A DNA stretch of 63,295 bases, counting the filler, from Stramenopiles sp. TOSAG23-3 (Eukaryota), in NCBI GenBank assembly GCA_900128585.1. It is 9 parts of 9 records of this genome, joined end to end, with 100 filler letters (N's around TTAATTAATTAA, not from the genome) between each part and the next. Parts side by side here need not be neighbours in the genome. Positions count along the whole stretch, not along the records: positions 21,154 to 28,103 come from LT643226.1; positions 28,204 to 35,148 come from LT643227.1; 7 more parts are not named here. One strand, written 5' to 3'. The number at the start of each line of letters is the position of its first letter. Position 1 is the first letter of the stretch. Below, one piece after another: positions 21,305 through 33,854 of this stretch. Below the pieces are notes generated by a model. That model was not told where the DNA came from and made no database searches. It was given only the letters and a program-made list of their open reading frames with translations. Made by a program: the position numbers and the translations under genes.

Positions 21305-23350
21305 TGTTGGAATCTAGTACTTAAGAGAGAGAGAGGGCGGTGAGCCGTCTGGGGAAGATAAAACACGCACGCCCCCTTCAAATTGTTGTGCACAGCACCG
21401 GGAACAAACAGCAACACCCCGCGAACCGTGGAGAGCGTCGTCTATTAGGCAATAATAATAACGCACTCAACCCCTTCAAAAATTACCTCGCCGTTGCAAT
21501 ATTAATAGGGTGGTTTTCAATCAGATTCGTGCTTTCTTGAAACACTTAAAAATGATGAGATAGATCCAAATGAATCCTATTCTCAATTATCAATTATCAA
21601 TTATCAATTATCAATTATCAATTGTCAATGCCAAGTGTGCTCAATCCCAAATATGCTCGGGGAAGCAAGCGAGGAGGTACCTTGGTGGTAGGAAGGAAGA
21701 AGGAGGGTAAAAAAAAAGAAGAAGAAGAAGAAGGACATCATATATTAAACATCAGCAGAGCAGAGGATAAAATAATTATACAGGCAATAGAATATAATTA
21801 TGTTATATAAATATGACATAGCATTATTAATATTTATTACGGAGGACATAGCAACGGAATAATGGATTGGATGAAATCAAATAGGTAATTATATTTTATT
21901 TATGGTATGTATTATGTATACATTTAACATTATTTCATTATCACTATAATATATAAGTACAATAATAATGATCTATTCTATTTAAAATTTAAATTAAAAA
22001 ACGGAGTATTCGAAGTGGTGGGAGAAAAGAAAAGAAGAAGAATAAAAGAAAGAAGAAGAATTAAAAGAAAGAAGAAGAAGAAAGAAGAAAGAAGAAGAAG
22101 AAGAAGAAGAAGAAGAAGAAGAAGAAGAAAGAAGAAAGAACAAGAACAAGAACAAGAAAGAAGAAAGAGAAGAAGAAAGAAGAAAGAAGAAAGAAGAAAA
22201 AAGAAGAAAGAAGAAGAAGAAAGAGAAAGAGAAGAAGAGATTTTTTATTTTTATTTGATTGATGCAAAAACAAAACAAAAAGAAGAAACAAAACCAGGAA
22301 AACAAGATAGAAGAAGGAGGAAAAAATAAAGAGCTCACGATATTAAATGTCTTTTTTACGTCTTCTTCGTCGTTGTGTTTTTTTGTTGGAATTCTTTTAG
22401 ACTTGTTATTATAGTTATTATAGACACAGGACACAGACACGTCTATAATAATAATAAAGATGGAAAGAAAACTATTATACAGTCCGTTTTTGTACTTCTT
22501 CGTGTTTAAATTCCCTCCCGCCTTATTATTATTGCAGCAACTAATTAATAATAGCAAGACAAGACTAGACTAGACTAATTAAACTATGCCCATGCCATCC
22601 CATCACATGCAAAAAGACAAGAGGAAGAAGAAGAAGAAGAGGGAACTCTTTGTTGTTGGTGGTTTTCTTCTTCTTTTATCTCTTCTTTCGATTTTTACTT
22701 CGTCGTGTTAGTATATATATAATACTGTATAAATAATGTAGAAATATTTTGTAACAGATAAATAAAAAAATTGTTTATTTAATTATTTTAATTTTACTGT
22801 ACTTATTATTATTATTATTTTCTTTTCTTCTTCTTTTCTTCTTCTTCTTTTCTTCTTCTTCTTTTCTTCTTCTTTGCTAATCATCTCCTTCCTTCCTCGG
22901 CGTTTCACCACAGCAGAGGAAGAAAAAAGAAGAAAGAAGACTGCATGCAATACAATACAATACAATTACAACCGAAGAACGAAGAACCCAGAACCCAGAA
23001 CCCATAAATAGAACAGACTATTATTATTATACCGTTCTTCTTCTTCTACTACTACTAAACATAACAGAGGAAGAAGGTCATCATTCATCAGTTATTATTA
23101 TTATTATAATATTGAACCACCACTCTACTACTATACACTACCCTTGGTATTTTATATTATACTCTACATATACACCACTTTATAAAACTAAATTTCATCA
23201 ACGCAACTTCCGTTGTTCATATATGTTTTCAAATACTTTCCCCCTTTGAATTTACATTCCTCAAACAAACGCAGTAGATCTCCTACACAGATACCAAGGA
23301 TCGACCATCGAGCACTACCAACGGAAATACAAGTAGATACCACCACCACC

Positions 23351-24481
23351 ATGTCGGACGAGCACAAACGTCTGTGCGAGATGACCCTCCAGGAGCGAGA
23401 CGCGTGGACGGAAGCGGAGCAGAAGAAGCTCATCGAGGAGGACATGAAGAGGGACAAAAAGTGGAAGCTTGGGCTGATTGAAGAGAGCGGTTACCTTTGC
23501 CTGGGCGACACCTACACAGAGCCGGGCAAGGCATTCAACGATAGCAGCCGCACCAAAGGCTTGAACATGAAAGTGCCTGGGATAAAACTCGGGTCCAGCG
23601 AAGACCCGAACAAATACTTTAGTACTGGGAAGCCGGTGTGCATTGGCGACCCCTTCATGAGCGCGCAGGACCGAAAATTAGTAGAGCGGCAAAAGTCTAG
23701 AGATATCGACAGAAAGAACCGCATCGATACAATCGTTGCAAACGGAAAGCGAAAGGGTATGGAGATGGACCCGAGTTCCGTGGACTTGGAAGACTTGAAG
23801 CCCTGGAACCCTTGCGGGCCCCAGATGAAATACGACGACCTGTACCTGTCCGAGTTCGACAAGACGACCAACGACAGCAAAATTATGGCGCGCCTCAAGG
23901 AGGACAAGGAAAAACGTTCGCAAAAAAAGAACAAGGGGGACGATGAGGTCGGCCCGAAAAACATCACCTGCAACCCCCTTCCAAGAGGAGGACCGGGCGT
24001 CGCGGGGACCTTCCCCGTCGCCGAGTGGATCCCGGAGCCTTACCGAGAGGACGAGGAGAAGGCGCGCATGGAAAGGATGAAACAGCGCAAGGAGCGAAGT
24101 GACGACAAAAAGCCGTTCCGCCCCGTCTCGATCATGAAAACGAACATCATAGACGCCGTCGAAATCCCGAAATGGATCCCCAATGGAGACAAGAGCGACA
24201 AGACCCAGGCCGAAATCTGCAAGGAAGCGCGAATCGCGGCCCGCACTGCCGATGTAAAGAAGCCGTTCCGCCCCTCCAACCCAATGAAGAAGGGTTACCC
24301 ACAGGGCTACCCTTCCCTGCCATGCCCCGACACAAACGATGGGCCGAGGAAGAAGAAAGTGGACGATGACGCGAAAGGGTGGAAACCCAGCAGTTCCAAG
24401 AGCACCCGACCCACCAGAAGCGTTGCCACCTCTCGGCGAAACCTTGGCGTCTTCAAGGCGAACTTTTTCAAGAAGTTTTGA
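23351..24481 (+). CDS. Cilia/flagella-associated protein, CFAP96 (C4orf47/UPF0602)-like
   Basis: LGLIEESGYLCLGDTY, KNITCNPLPRGGPG, EPY and repeated KPFRP motifs; strong start context CACCACCATG. Confidence 0.65.
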   Translation: MSDEHKRLCEMTLQERDAWTEAEQKKLIEEDMKRDKKWKLGLIEESGYLCLGDTYTEPGKAFNDSSRTKGLNMKVPGIKLGSSEDPNKYFSTGKPVCIGDPFMSAQDRKLVERQKSRDIDRKNRIDTIVANGKRKGMEMDPSSVDLEDLKPWNPCGPQMKYDDLYLSEFDKTTNDSKIMARLKEDKEKRSQKKNKGDDEVGPKNITCNPLPRGGPGVAGTFPVAEWIPEPYREDEEKARMERMKQRKERSDDKKPFRPVSIMKTNIIDAVEIPKWIPNGDKSDKTQAEICKEARIAARTADVKKPFRPSNPMKKGYPQGYPSLPCPDTNDGPRKKKVDDDAKGWKPSSSKSTRPTRSVATSRRNLGVFKANFFKKF

Positions 24482-26157
24482 TGTGATTTGAGACGACTAC
24501 ATATAGGAATATCATTCACTACAAATATCATAGTGTAATTGATAGATGATAAATATACTGTATTGTATAGTTGATTGAATAGCAGATTCGTTGCCGACAT
24601 TGAACGTCGAATTGCTTTGTCTACCATCTTGTATTTGTTATCGTATTTTCGTAGATAGGATACTTATACTTAATACGATACACTGTTCATCGAGTATAAA
24701 TGTCAATTATGAATACGACCTCGTATACCATGATATTATAGGCAATATGTTGGAATAGTGTGTCTATGCTATACGCAACAAGGTACCTCAAAATTTGTAA
24801 TCTTGAAAATTAACAAGTACAAACGCTCCTTTTTTTTGACTCCCCGGTTTTTGCCTCCTCGTTTGATTTTTTTTTACCCATCGAGCAATTCCCATTGTAT
24901 TCCCATGTTAACTGATTGGCCTGCGGAGAAATAAATGACAGAAAAGGACCAAGAAGAATGCACGCGCCGCTCGAATCGTTGTTCTTTCTATATTACTATG
25001 GTCTATTATACGGTCCATGTAAATGTATTCTTCAGATGCGATGACACTGTTTTCAATGCACACACGATGGTGATGACTTCGCCACCGCACTACTGTATTC
25101 ATGTTTCACGCATGACCCGACCGAAAGCCAAACGAAAAATGAAATGAACGACCACGACTAAAAACCATATACCAAAAGTGTTCGAACGTGGAACGTTTCT
25201 CCTCGCGCAATTCAAACAGCTCCCCTAAACATGCCACAATCGCCGTGCGCGGTGTATGGCAGGCACATCTTTATCGGTGAAAGTTCGCCATCACAGAAAA
25301 TTAGGCACCGGATCGATTTCCTCCGAAAACGTCATCGGTACGTTGAAATGACTGAAGTGAAAAAGAACTGGGACTTGCTCGTTAAAGTCTTGTCGAACGA
25401 TGATCATTTCGTACAGCTCGTTGAGAATTCAGTTTGGAAGGCGGTCGAATTGGAAAAGAAGTGGTACTACTTCAACGCGGAGACGTGGGACGTCCAGGAA
25501 ACCAACGCTTTTTGTTGAACCGAGAATGAGATCCCGTAAAGGATTCAACGGTTGATCAAATCGCAGAATTTGATTTGTAGGTTAATGTGTATTCAAAACG
25601 ATTAATTTTTATATTTTTTTCTGAATGAGGGTCTAAAATAATTTATCTATAATTCCTTTCCCCTCCCTTCCACCCTTCGCTGCTTTTCGTCCACTTTGGT
25701 TGTTTTGGTTTGGTCTCGCTCTGCGTTAGAGCGTCGTTATGGCGGTGCGTTTAGCAAGTGATGAAAGAATATTACTCGATCCAGGAACAGGTTGATACCC
25801 ACAGGAACGCGCCACGCAAAAAAGTAATACTCTCACGCGCAGTGAATTAATTGTCAGTTATTATTTTACCGAAATGTTTTCGCGGGTACTGGGCGAGAGA
25901 AAATGCTATCCCCAGGAGTTACATGAGGAGTTGATTCGGTGCGGGGTTATTTTTCTGTTGGGTAAGTATTTTTACGTAAATGACCCATTGTGTACGAGTT
26001 AAGAGTTAATAAAATTCATTTAACTCACTAAATTATACGAAAGTTCCAATCTCAAACTAGCTCATTGTCTCAAAAGAATAATGCTCGCAAAATTTAGTAT
26101 CAAAAGTGCGGCCCTTAGCGGGCAGACGAGCAACGGAGGAGGGGGAGGTGGGGGCGT

Positions 26158-26868
26158 TCAAAAATTAAACAGGGCATTTACCCAATTCGATGCGTTCAGG
26201 TCCGGGTGGTGAACCGTCCATATGCCCTTGGACGATCGCACTACGAAATCACGGTTGACCATACGCTTTCGCATGCTCGCAAGTGGGTGCTGCAGATCTC
26301 CGTTCAACTCCCCAATGATCTTTGAAGGCACCATGATATGGAGCCCGTCCTCCGTCCATGACCCCGATTCGAACATTGCTCGCACCCTAAACCGAAAATG
26401 GGGGCGGCGCTTCTTTTTCCATTTCTTTTCCGTCTTGCGTCGTTTTGCTGCGGGGGTCTGTGCGTCTTGTTCTTTCTTTTCTTGCTTGTTGGTATCGAAG
26501 ACCGGGGTCAGCGACCGCTTCCTTGTAGAAGGTAGCAGCAAGGTCTTATCCTCGCCCAGAGTCGCCCAAGGCTCGTCCATTCCGTCGCCGAACGCTTCCT
26601 TCAATAACTCCATAGTATCGCTTCTTTCGTACGTTTTCGACCCCTCCGTCTGTTCTGTGCAGGCCAGCAAGGTTTCCTCCACGAGCGCCCCGTTCCCGTC
26701 TGTGGGTTCCATGTTCATCAATTTTTTCAAGAGTCCCATGTGTGAACGTTCTACTTTCTTAAGCTGCTCCTGGTGGTTGATTAAAACCTTCTGGTACATC
26801 TTCACATCGCTCAGGAACTTAATGATGGCCCCTGACAAGGTGGCAATCTTTGATTCCGTGTAACTCAT
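26158..26868 (-). CDS. Coiled-coil protein with C-terminal degenerate HSF-type DNA-binding domain
   Basis: PHFRFRVRAMF..SWTEDGLHIMV...HPLASMRKRMVNRDF...WTVHHPDL parallels the HSF DBD; NLS-like AKRRK. Confidence 0.5.
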   Translation of the reverse strand: MSYTESKIATLSGAIIKFLSDVKMYQKVLINHQEQLKKVERSHMGLLKKLMNMEPTDGNGALVEETLLACTEQTEGSKTYERSDTMELLKEAFGDGMDEPWATLGEDKTLLLPSTRKRSLTPVFDTNKQEKKEQDAQTPAAKRRKTEKKWKKKRRPHFRFRVRAMFESGSWTEDGLHIMVPSKIIGELNGDLQHPLASMRKRMVNRDFVVRSSKGIWTVHHPDLNASNWVNALFNF

Positions 26869-28025
26869 AGTTCTTGGAGTGTTTGAAACGTTTCCTGTAC
26901 GTGTGAAATATCAAAGACGTAAATACGAAAAACGTGGAAAGAGGTGTATGAAATCTGTATACGCTTCGAAGTATAGATGGTGGATTTCGGGTTTGGGTTA
27001 TATATATAGAGTATTACGTCGTAATAAACAGGAAGAAGAAAAGAATAGAAAAAAATCTCATTTTTTGCGTTGTATGTTGTATGTCAAAAAATGCATTGAA
27101 GGGAAATAGTGGGGGGTTTTGTTGTAAACTGTAGCAAAGTTGGTGAATTTCGTGTCTGTTGGGATTGTTATAACATGCGACAGCATTGTTAAGGATAATA
27201 ATTCTGTTGAGGATCACATAGTATTTCATGTATATTTATTATTCACTCAAAATAAAATTAATTATTCTTCGAATAAGTTATAGGAAAATTAACAGGTAAA
27301 TAATAGCAAGAAAAAGAATTTATAGCCCAGCACAGATCGAATAATGAGCCGATCGATACCAATTGGACGCGTCACGTCACGTATCCACTAAAAATAAGCC
27401 TAACTGTGATGGTGCTGATACACTGGTACCTACCGATTCGATTACCGGGATTTTTTATTATTTTTAATAAGAAAAAAAATTCTAGAATCTTTCTAGAATA
27501 TAAATATATTATTCTATTGGAATTATTCCTAATAATTATACAGGGAAATACAATTATCAGTCGAACAAGAAATTGGTTCAGTCCTACAAGAAATTAAAAA
27601 AGGCAAAAAAATGGTCTTCAAAATACCGATATTAGACCAATTTTTTGAACATGTATAGTATAGAGAAAGAAAAAGAAATCGGAATTTCTATAAAATTTCT
27701 AGAAAGTAATAATAATGAATCTTCACACTAGTCACAATTTGTGATTATTTGGCCATTTTCTCAATACTATTTCAATGCTAACACATTTTGTAAAAAAAAA
27801 ATAAAGAAGAAGTTTTTATTTCGGAATTAATTGAAATGCACTATTATTATATATAAACACAGCACAGAGTAAATTTTATATACAAAAATAAATGAGTGAG
27901 TCAGGGCAAAATATGATGTTTATTATTTTGTGATGCTATGTAGCTATTAAATCTTCTATTATCAACAAATAATTTTCTCCTCTTTTCTTCTTTCCTACTT
28001 AACTTCTTTCTTATACTTTTCTTTC

Positions 28026-28073
<48 letters not shown>

Positions 28074-28865
28074 TCGACTCTTTCTTTCTTTCGACTCTTT
28101 CTTNNNNNNNNNNNNNNNNNNNNNNNNNNNNNNNNNNNNNNNNNNNNTTAATTAATTAANNNNNNNNNNNNNNNNNNNNNNNNNNNNNNNNNNNNNNNNN
28201 NNNGAAGGAGAATGAAAGAAAGAAGGAAGGAGAAAGAAAGAAAGAAGGAAGGAGAATGAAAGAAAGAAGGAAGGAGAAAGAAAGAAAGAAGGAAGGAGAA
28301 AGAAAGAAAGAAGGAAGGAGAAAGAAAGAAAGAAGGAAGGAGAAAGAAAGAGTCGAAAGAAGGAAGGAGAAAGAAAGAAGAAATAATTAAATAATTATAT
28401 TGTCTATACTATTACCTGTATAATAATAATAATAATAGATTGATTTTATTTTTTTTTGAATTTACTTTTATTTTTTTGGAAGAAAGAAAGTACCGGTACC
28501 CTTTTCCTGTCTGTTCTCTGTACTCTGTTCCTTGGTATTATTATTATTATGAGATCTGTGATTGATGATCGATGATCGATCACAGATGGAAGATATAAAT
28601 AGTAGATGAATTATTTTATGAGAAGAAACGAATTTAATAAATGTTTGTATAGTAGTCGTCTATGTATATATATAAATGAACATTCACCAAAACAAAAGTA
28701 TATATGCGTTTAGAGGAACAGCACGGTTTACTCCCATTTACGGTTTTTATTACAAAAAGTAGAAGTGGTGTTATAGACAACTGACTATACAACACTAGAT
28801 ACGAACGAACGAACGAACGGACGGACGGTTACGTAGAGAGAGAGAGAGAGAAAAGAAGAATTATT

Positions 28866-29387
28866 ATGGCAGGTATTACGGGAAACATGGCCGAGGTGAC
28901 GGAAGGTGCACTGAAAGCGGAAATGACTGAGGCGGAAGCTCGTGAGAAGGCAGCGGAGATCAAGGCTGAGGGAAACTCGTTGTTCGTCGCGAAGGATTTT
29001 GAGGGTGCTGCGAAGAAGTACACCGAAGCCTTGAAAGTCATCAAGGCCGTGACCGGGGACGGGGACTCCGTGCTGTACGCAAACCGGGCGGCAGCGTACA
29101 TGGGCGCGAAGCGCTGGGTGCCAGCGTGCAGGGACGGGATACTTAGTGCAGATGTGGACGAAGACAACTGGAAAGCATACTGGAGGCAGGGGGTATCGCT
29201 TATGAACATGGTCCCCAAGCGCTTTCGCACGAAGAACGCGATCGAGGCTTTCGAAAAATGCCTGAAAACTTCCAGCCTGCCAGAGAAGAAGCGGGACGAA
29301 GTTCAGCGGGAGTTGCAACGGGCGCATGAGCTGTACCAGAGGCAGGAGGAGGAGACGCCCATGCCAGAAAACTGCACGGTCCAGTAA
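28866..29387 (+). CDS. TPR-repeat protein (three TPRs, co-chaperone-like)
   Basis: KAEGNSLF...A.KKYTEAL, LYANRAAAY, KAYWRQG. Confidence 0.85.
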   Translation: MAGITGNMAEVTEGALKAEMTEAEAREKAAEIKAEGNSLFVAKDFEGAAKKYTEALKVIKAVTGDGDSVLYANRAAAYMGAKRWVPACRDGILSADVDEDNWKAYWRQGVSLMNMVPKRFRTKNAIEAFEKCLKTSSLPEKKRDEVQRELQRAHELYQRQEEETPMPENCTVQ

Positions 29388-29668
29388 GGAGAGGAAGGGG
29401 CACAGAGAATTATTAAAGTATAAAAAAGGATATAAAATGAGAGTCTTAAAGCATACTATATATAATTTGTTTTTTTTTATAAAAGATAAAAAAGAGACGC
29501 TCAAAAATGCTTCTCTCTTTGAAATATCATTTTATAAATTACCGTAGAAACTTTAAATTATTTTTTCATAATGATTGCTTCGTACCTTACGACAATGCTT
29601 TTAGTTTAAACTAGACAAAAAATGAATTCTATATGTACATCGCAACAAAAACGACCGCACCACTTACT

Positions 29669-31261
29669 TTACGAGGTGCCCTCTTTCTCGGTCTCACGGA
29701 ACATCCGGGTCAGGTCGTGCGCCGTCAGATTGTGTTCCTTTGCATACTGCGCTACCTTGTCAAGCTCCTCGCTCGCTCGCTCCTCGCCCCCCGACGTTCG
29801 ATCGCTCCCGCCGCCCACCGTCTTGCCGTCGCCTTCGCCCCCCCCCCTCTTCCGTCCGTCCGTTCGTGCGTTCTGGTCGCTTGCCCCCGCCGCTGCTCCG
29901 TCGCATTCGCGGGGAAGAAAATCACCCGCAAGCTTGTCTGCAACCGCCATCGCCTCCTTTCGGTCCGTGCACTTCAGCACGACAGCGATCCCCTCCACGT
30001 CGCGCCGAACTTCCTGCCGCATCAGCTTGAACTTTTCAATTATTTTTGCAATGTTCGCGGCCGACATCGAGCTGCCGTCCACGCCGGTGCCGTGCCCGCG
30101 ACGGTCGAAGCACGCCGTGAGGAGCTGCCGCGGCGTGTAGAAGTCCAGGTCCACCGCGACCACCGTTTTCACCTTCATCTGGGCGGCGAGGCCCGTCCAA
30201 GTCTCCCGCTGGGGCATGTTCATATTCGTCCGATCGACCACAACGCTCATGCCGCTGTTCAGCGACTGGATCATGACACGCTCGCACTCGTCCTTCGAGC
30301 CCAGCTCGTCCTGGCAGACCCGCACGAACTTGCGGTTCCTCCGCAGGCGCTCGGCAAACGTCGACTTTCCGCTCCCTGGGGGCCCCATCAGGAGGACTAC
30401 GACGGGCCCTTGGTCGCCGCCTTCCCCCTCCTCCTCTTCCTTTTTCACCCAATTGATAGCACCGTTTCGCAGACGTGCGGGCAGGGCCGTCCCCTCCGAA
30501 CCGCAGTACAGGGTGCTCTTTGACACTGCAAACTCGTCCAGCCCCCCGCTGAAGAATTGGGTCTCGTCGTAGAATTGCAGGCCCACGCCCTCTGCAAAGT
30601 TGGAGTCTGCGTCCGAGTGGTCGCCGCGTCTCCCCGCCGCGTCGCCGACGTAGAACGACTGCTTCACGTCGGGGGCGACCGTCGAGCAGTACTTGACGTA
30701 GTGGTGCCAGAACCCGAGCCCCCCGCCCTTGCCCTTCTGAAGGTCCGCCGTCGACTGCTTCCTGTACTTGTCGAACTTGGTCGCGACCAAAACCCTTATC
30801 GGGACGCCCTTGACCTGGTCGCAGAAGGCCTTGGCCCTGTCAATTTTCTGCAAGATTGCGTTCCGGATGGCCTCTGGGTTCTTTCGCATGCCTATTGTCG
30901 CACCGTTCGTGAAAACGACCAAACGGTACCCGCTCTCGTGGAGGGCGCGAAAGGTCGCCGGTATCGACGGGTGAATGAGGTCCCGCGGAAGGCGCATGGT
31001 CCCGTGGAACGTCGTCAGGGCCAGCGTTCCGTCAAAGTCGAACGCGGCTACCTTTCTTGACGTTTTGCTATCTTTTCCCGCCGGGAGGGAGTTCAGAATA
31101 AGAGAGTTTCGTACCGCAAACCACCCCTCGGGAAGTTTTACCCCAAGGTATTTGTTGAAGGCTTCCTCCTCGGGCTTGGGCCGTTTCGTGTGGGGACCAA
31201 GGGCCGCCGAGCCGTCACCCCCGCCGCCTGGCGGATCCTTTCGCTTGACGAAACGGAACAT
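29669..31261 (-). CDS. PNKP: Bifunctional polynucleotide 3'-phosphatase/5'-kinase
   Basis: HAD motifs AFDFDGTL, VFTN, RK, FYVGDAAGR, DHSDAD; P-loop GPPGSGKST; VVDRTN. Confidence 0.9.
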   Translation of the reverse strand: MFRFVKRKDPPGGGGDGSAALGPHTKRPKPEEEAFNKYLGVKLPEGWFAVRNSLILNSLPAGKDSKTSRKVAAFDFDGTLALTTFHGTMRLPRDLIHPSIPATFRALHESGYRLVVFTNGATIGMRKNPEAIRNAILQKIDRAKAFCDQVKGVPIRVLVATKFDKYRKQSTADLQKGKGGGLGFWHHYVKYCSTVAPDVKQSFYVGDAAGRRGDHSDADSNFAEGVGLQFYDETQFFSGGLDEFAVSKSTLYCGSEGTALPARLRNGAINWVKKEEEEGEGGDQGPVVVLLMGPPGSGKSTFAERLRRNRKFVRVCQDELGSKDECERVMIQSLNSGMSVVVDRTNMNMPQRETWTGLAAQMKVKTVVAVDLDFYTPRQLLTACFDRRGHGTGVDGSSMSAANIAKIIEKFKLMRQEVRRDVEGIAVVLKCTDRKEAMAVADKLAGDFLPRECDGAAAGASDQNARTDGRKRGGGEGDGKTVGGGSDRTSGGEERASEELDKVAQYAKEHNLTAHDLTRMFRETEKEGTS

Positions 31262-32166
31262 GAGATGTGCAGAGAGGGAAAAAAAAACCAAAAAACCAGA
31301 AGGTCGACAAAAACAACGCTCAAAACCTGATTTAGACAAAGTGTATGAGATACGATCAATCTATTTAACAATTTGTAATGATAAGGTCATGTGTCTGTAT
31401 GGATTTCGATTAAATCACTTTGCAATATTATTATTTAATAATAATAACCACCAAATAGAATTATAAAAACTATTATTATTATTTGGAGTAATACTCCATC
31501 TCCAAAAAGAAGGAACACAGCAGTTGTTATAGTGTATCTAAAATTATTTGACTCGACCAAAAATCCAGAGATACATATACGTATAGGGGAATACGATATT
31601 AGTGTGGCTCAATTTTGTATTTCTTCGAATATTTATCAATATAGACACACCATAGGGGTATAGCACGAAAAGGGGCCCCCTTAACAATGCCATTATCTCT
31701 AGTAAATGACAGTCCTCTATATAGGAAATATTCATCAAATGGTACATCTGTATGGTAGTGTATTATTGTAAAGATTTTAGACCTGAAAGACAATCGACCA
31801 CAAGGTATTTTTATATAGGAACTCTCCATCAAAAAGCACTTCTGTTTGGTAGTGTATTGTCGTACGAAATTGGGCTACGACCACCTTGGTAAAAAAAATC
31901 ATTCTTCTACATATAAAAAATTATTATTAATAGCAGCAGATTCATGGTGAACCATGACTCTATCAAATGAATTCATTTCAAAGGTGATGATATGTCGATG
32001 TTGATATACACTTACAAAGGCTCTATTATAATATATTGACTGTAATTATTACATATCCCAATTTTAGTTCAAGAAACGTTCACGAAACATTTTAGATAAA
32101 AAAACTTACGTAAGAGAAACAGAGAACAGCAATAAAATAAATACATTATAAATAGCGACAAGAAGA

Positions 32167-33362
32167 TGAAACAACCCCAACAACGACCGTCCACGAAAAA
32201 CCCTATCTTGCAAAGCAAAGAAGAAAAGGCAAGAGAGGGGTTGAGGTTGAAAAGAGAAATCAAAGCGGCTGTACGGTTGCAACGACTTGAAAAAGACTAT
32301 ATTGAAAGATAAGAAAAAGAAGGTGTTTATAAACGGTGTTCTTATAACCATGTTATTATTGCAAATCGTATCGATTCTTATGTACGCGTATACGCAATAT
32401 GACCCTGCACTTGCTGTCGCAGGCTTTGACTTGTATTTGTTACTAATGGTTTGGGCGGCAACAATACCCTTGAACATTGGCAATTGGCAATTAACAATTG
32501 GTGCGACTTTACCTTGGCTACAATACATATTATACGGTATTGCTAGTATCGAAAATACCATTGCAATAGCAGTGCTAATCGTAATGTTTGCGTTCATACC
32601 AGCATTTACCTTGTTGTTGCAACGAATGGCCAAGGTATTGCAATTCAATTATTCCACCGATATACACGGTTTAGCGACACGTTTGAGCACAAAAATTATT
32701 GCTGGGTTACCAGTCGCATGTTATTTGGCAATGACGATCATACAGTGTCAAATTACGATAAGAATTTTTCAGCAAACGCAAGAGAGGTGAAAGGAGGTTG
32801 GAGGAATTGTACAGATCCAGAACAATTTGATAAACATTATCCAGAATTACCGAAAACAGTCAATGAAATGAAGACGGAACAAGGAATGGAAGAATATGTT
32901 GCAAACGAGTTGAAAAATTGGACTAGTGCGTACCAACTACTAGAAATGATTCTCCTTATTCTAACATCCCAAGTCTTGCTACGTATGTGTCGATTGACGG
33001 TGAATGATATTTTAAATGTAAATATCAGTAAATGGGAATTAGGACTTACAGTAGTCACTGTAATTCGTATTGCAGCGGTTTTTGTGTACGGGGGAATAAG
33101 TTTAAGAGTGATGTCGATGTCACAATACCGAACTGTACAACAGACATTTGCTTTCAGTTATGCTGGAATGCTATTTATTACCATATTTCTCATCATCAAA
33201 CTTGTTCGTGACGCGTCCGTGGTTATTGATTTGGAAAAAGAAACGCGTGAGAAGAAAGCATTCAAACATAGTGCTTCCATTGAAATGATTCATAAACGTT
33301 CCCGTCGGTTTAGTTCCATGGGAGGGAATGAAAATAGTTCGTTCGGTGACGATATTGTGTGA
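32167..33362 (+). pseudogene. AT-rich multi-pass membrane protein gene broken by frameshifts
   Basis: Three consecutive frames (32167-32310, 32287-32790, 32718-33362) read as one hydrophobic protein; apparent frame switches near 32290 and 32760-32790. Confidence 0.5.
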
Positions 33363-33702
33363 AAGCGCATTTAAAGTAGCCGATTTAGTAAGAGGTATAT
33401 ATAAATCAATATATTACATCTTACATTTCCTCGCTCATTACTGTCGAACGGAATTTCGGTATTGCAAGCATTGATTCAACTACAATTTAAAAAAATATTC
33501 TCTATGTTACTGTAATGATTTTATTTCTTGTTGTAATTTTTCTACTAGGAGATAGCACAGTTGGCGACGTTCACGTGCGCCTCAATCCTGGCACACGCTA
33601 CGCACATGTAGGACCCCCCGTGCATCCTAACGTATGTACACAGCTTCCTACCAGGGTTCCAGAAGATGGGACGGTGGCAGAACGAGCAGGACGCGTACGG
33701 CC

Positions 33703-33792
33703 CTCTGCCTTTTTGTAGAATTGCCATAGGTTGTCGTGTTTAATGGGGAATAGTACGAATCGGTTGGGGTTGTCTTGTAAGAGTACAGCCAT
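33703..33792 (-). pseudogene. N-terminal 30-aa fragment of ribonucleotide reductase small subunit
   Basis: MAVLLQDNPNRFVLFPIKHDNLWQFYKKAE matches the class Ia R2 N-terminal motif; similarity ends before the expected ASFWT. Confidence 0.75.
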
Positions 33793-33854
33793 TTTGTAAT
33801 ATAAATGATACATACTTATATACTATTTTTATGACGCCAATGTTTGGGTGGCTC

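Noticed and set aside
21584-21625. (AATTATC)n heptamer tract as a telomere
   Set aside because: Short, internal and not G-rich; an ordinary minisatellite.
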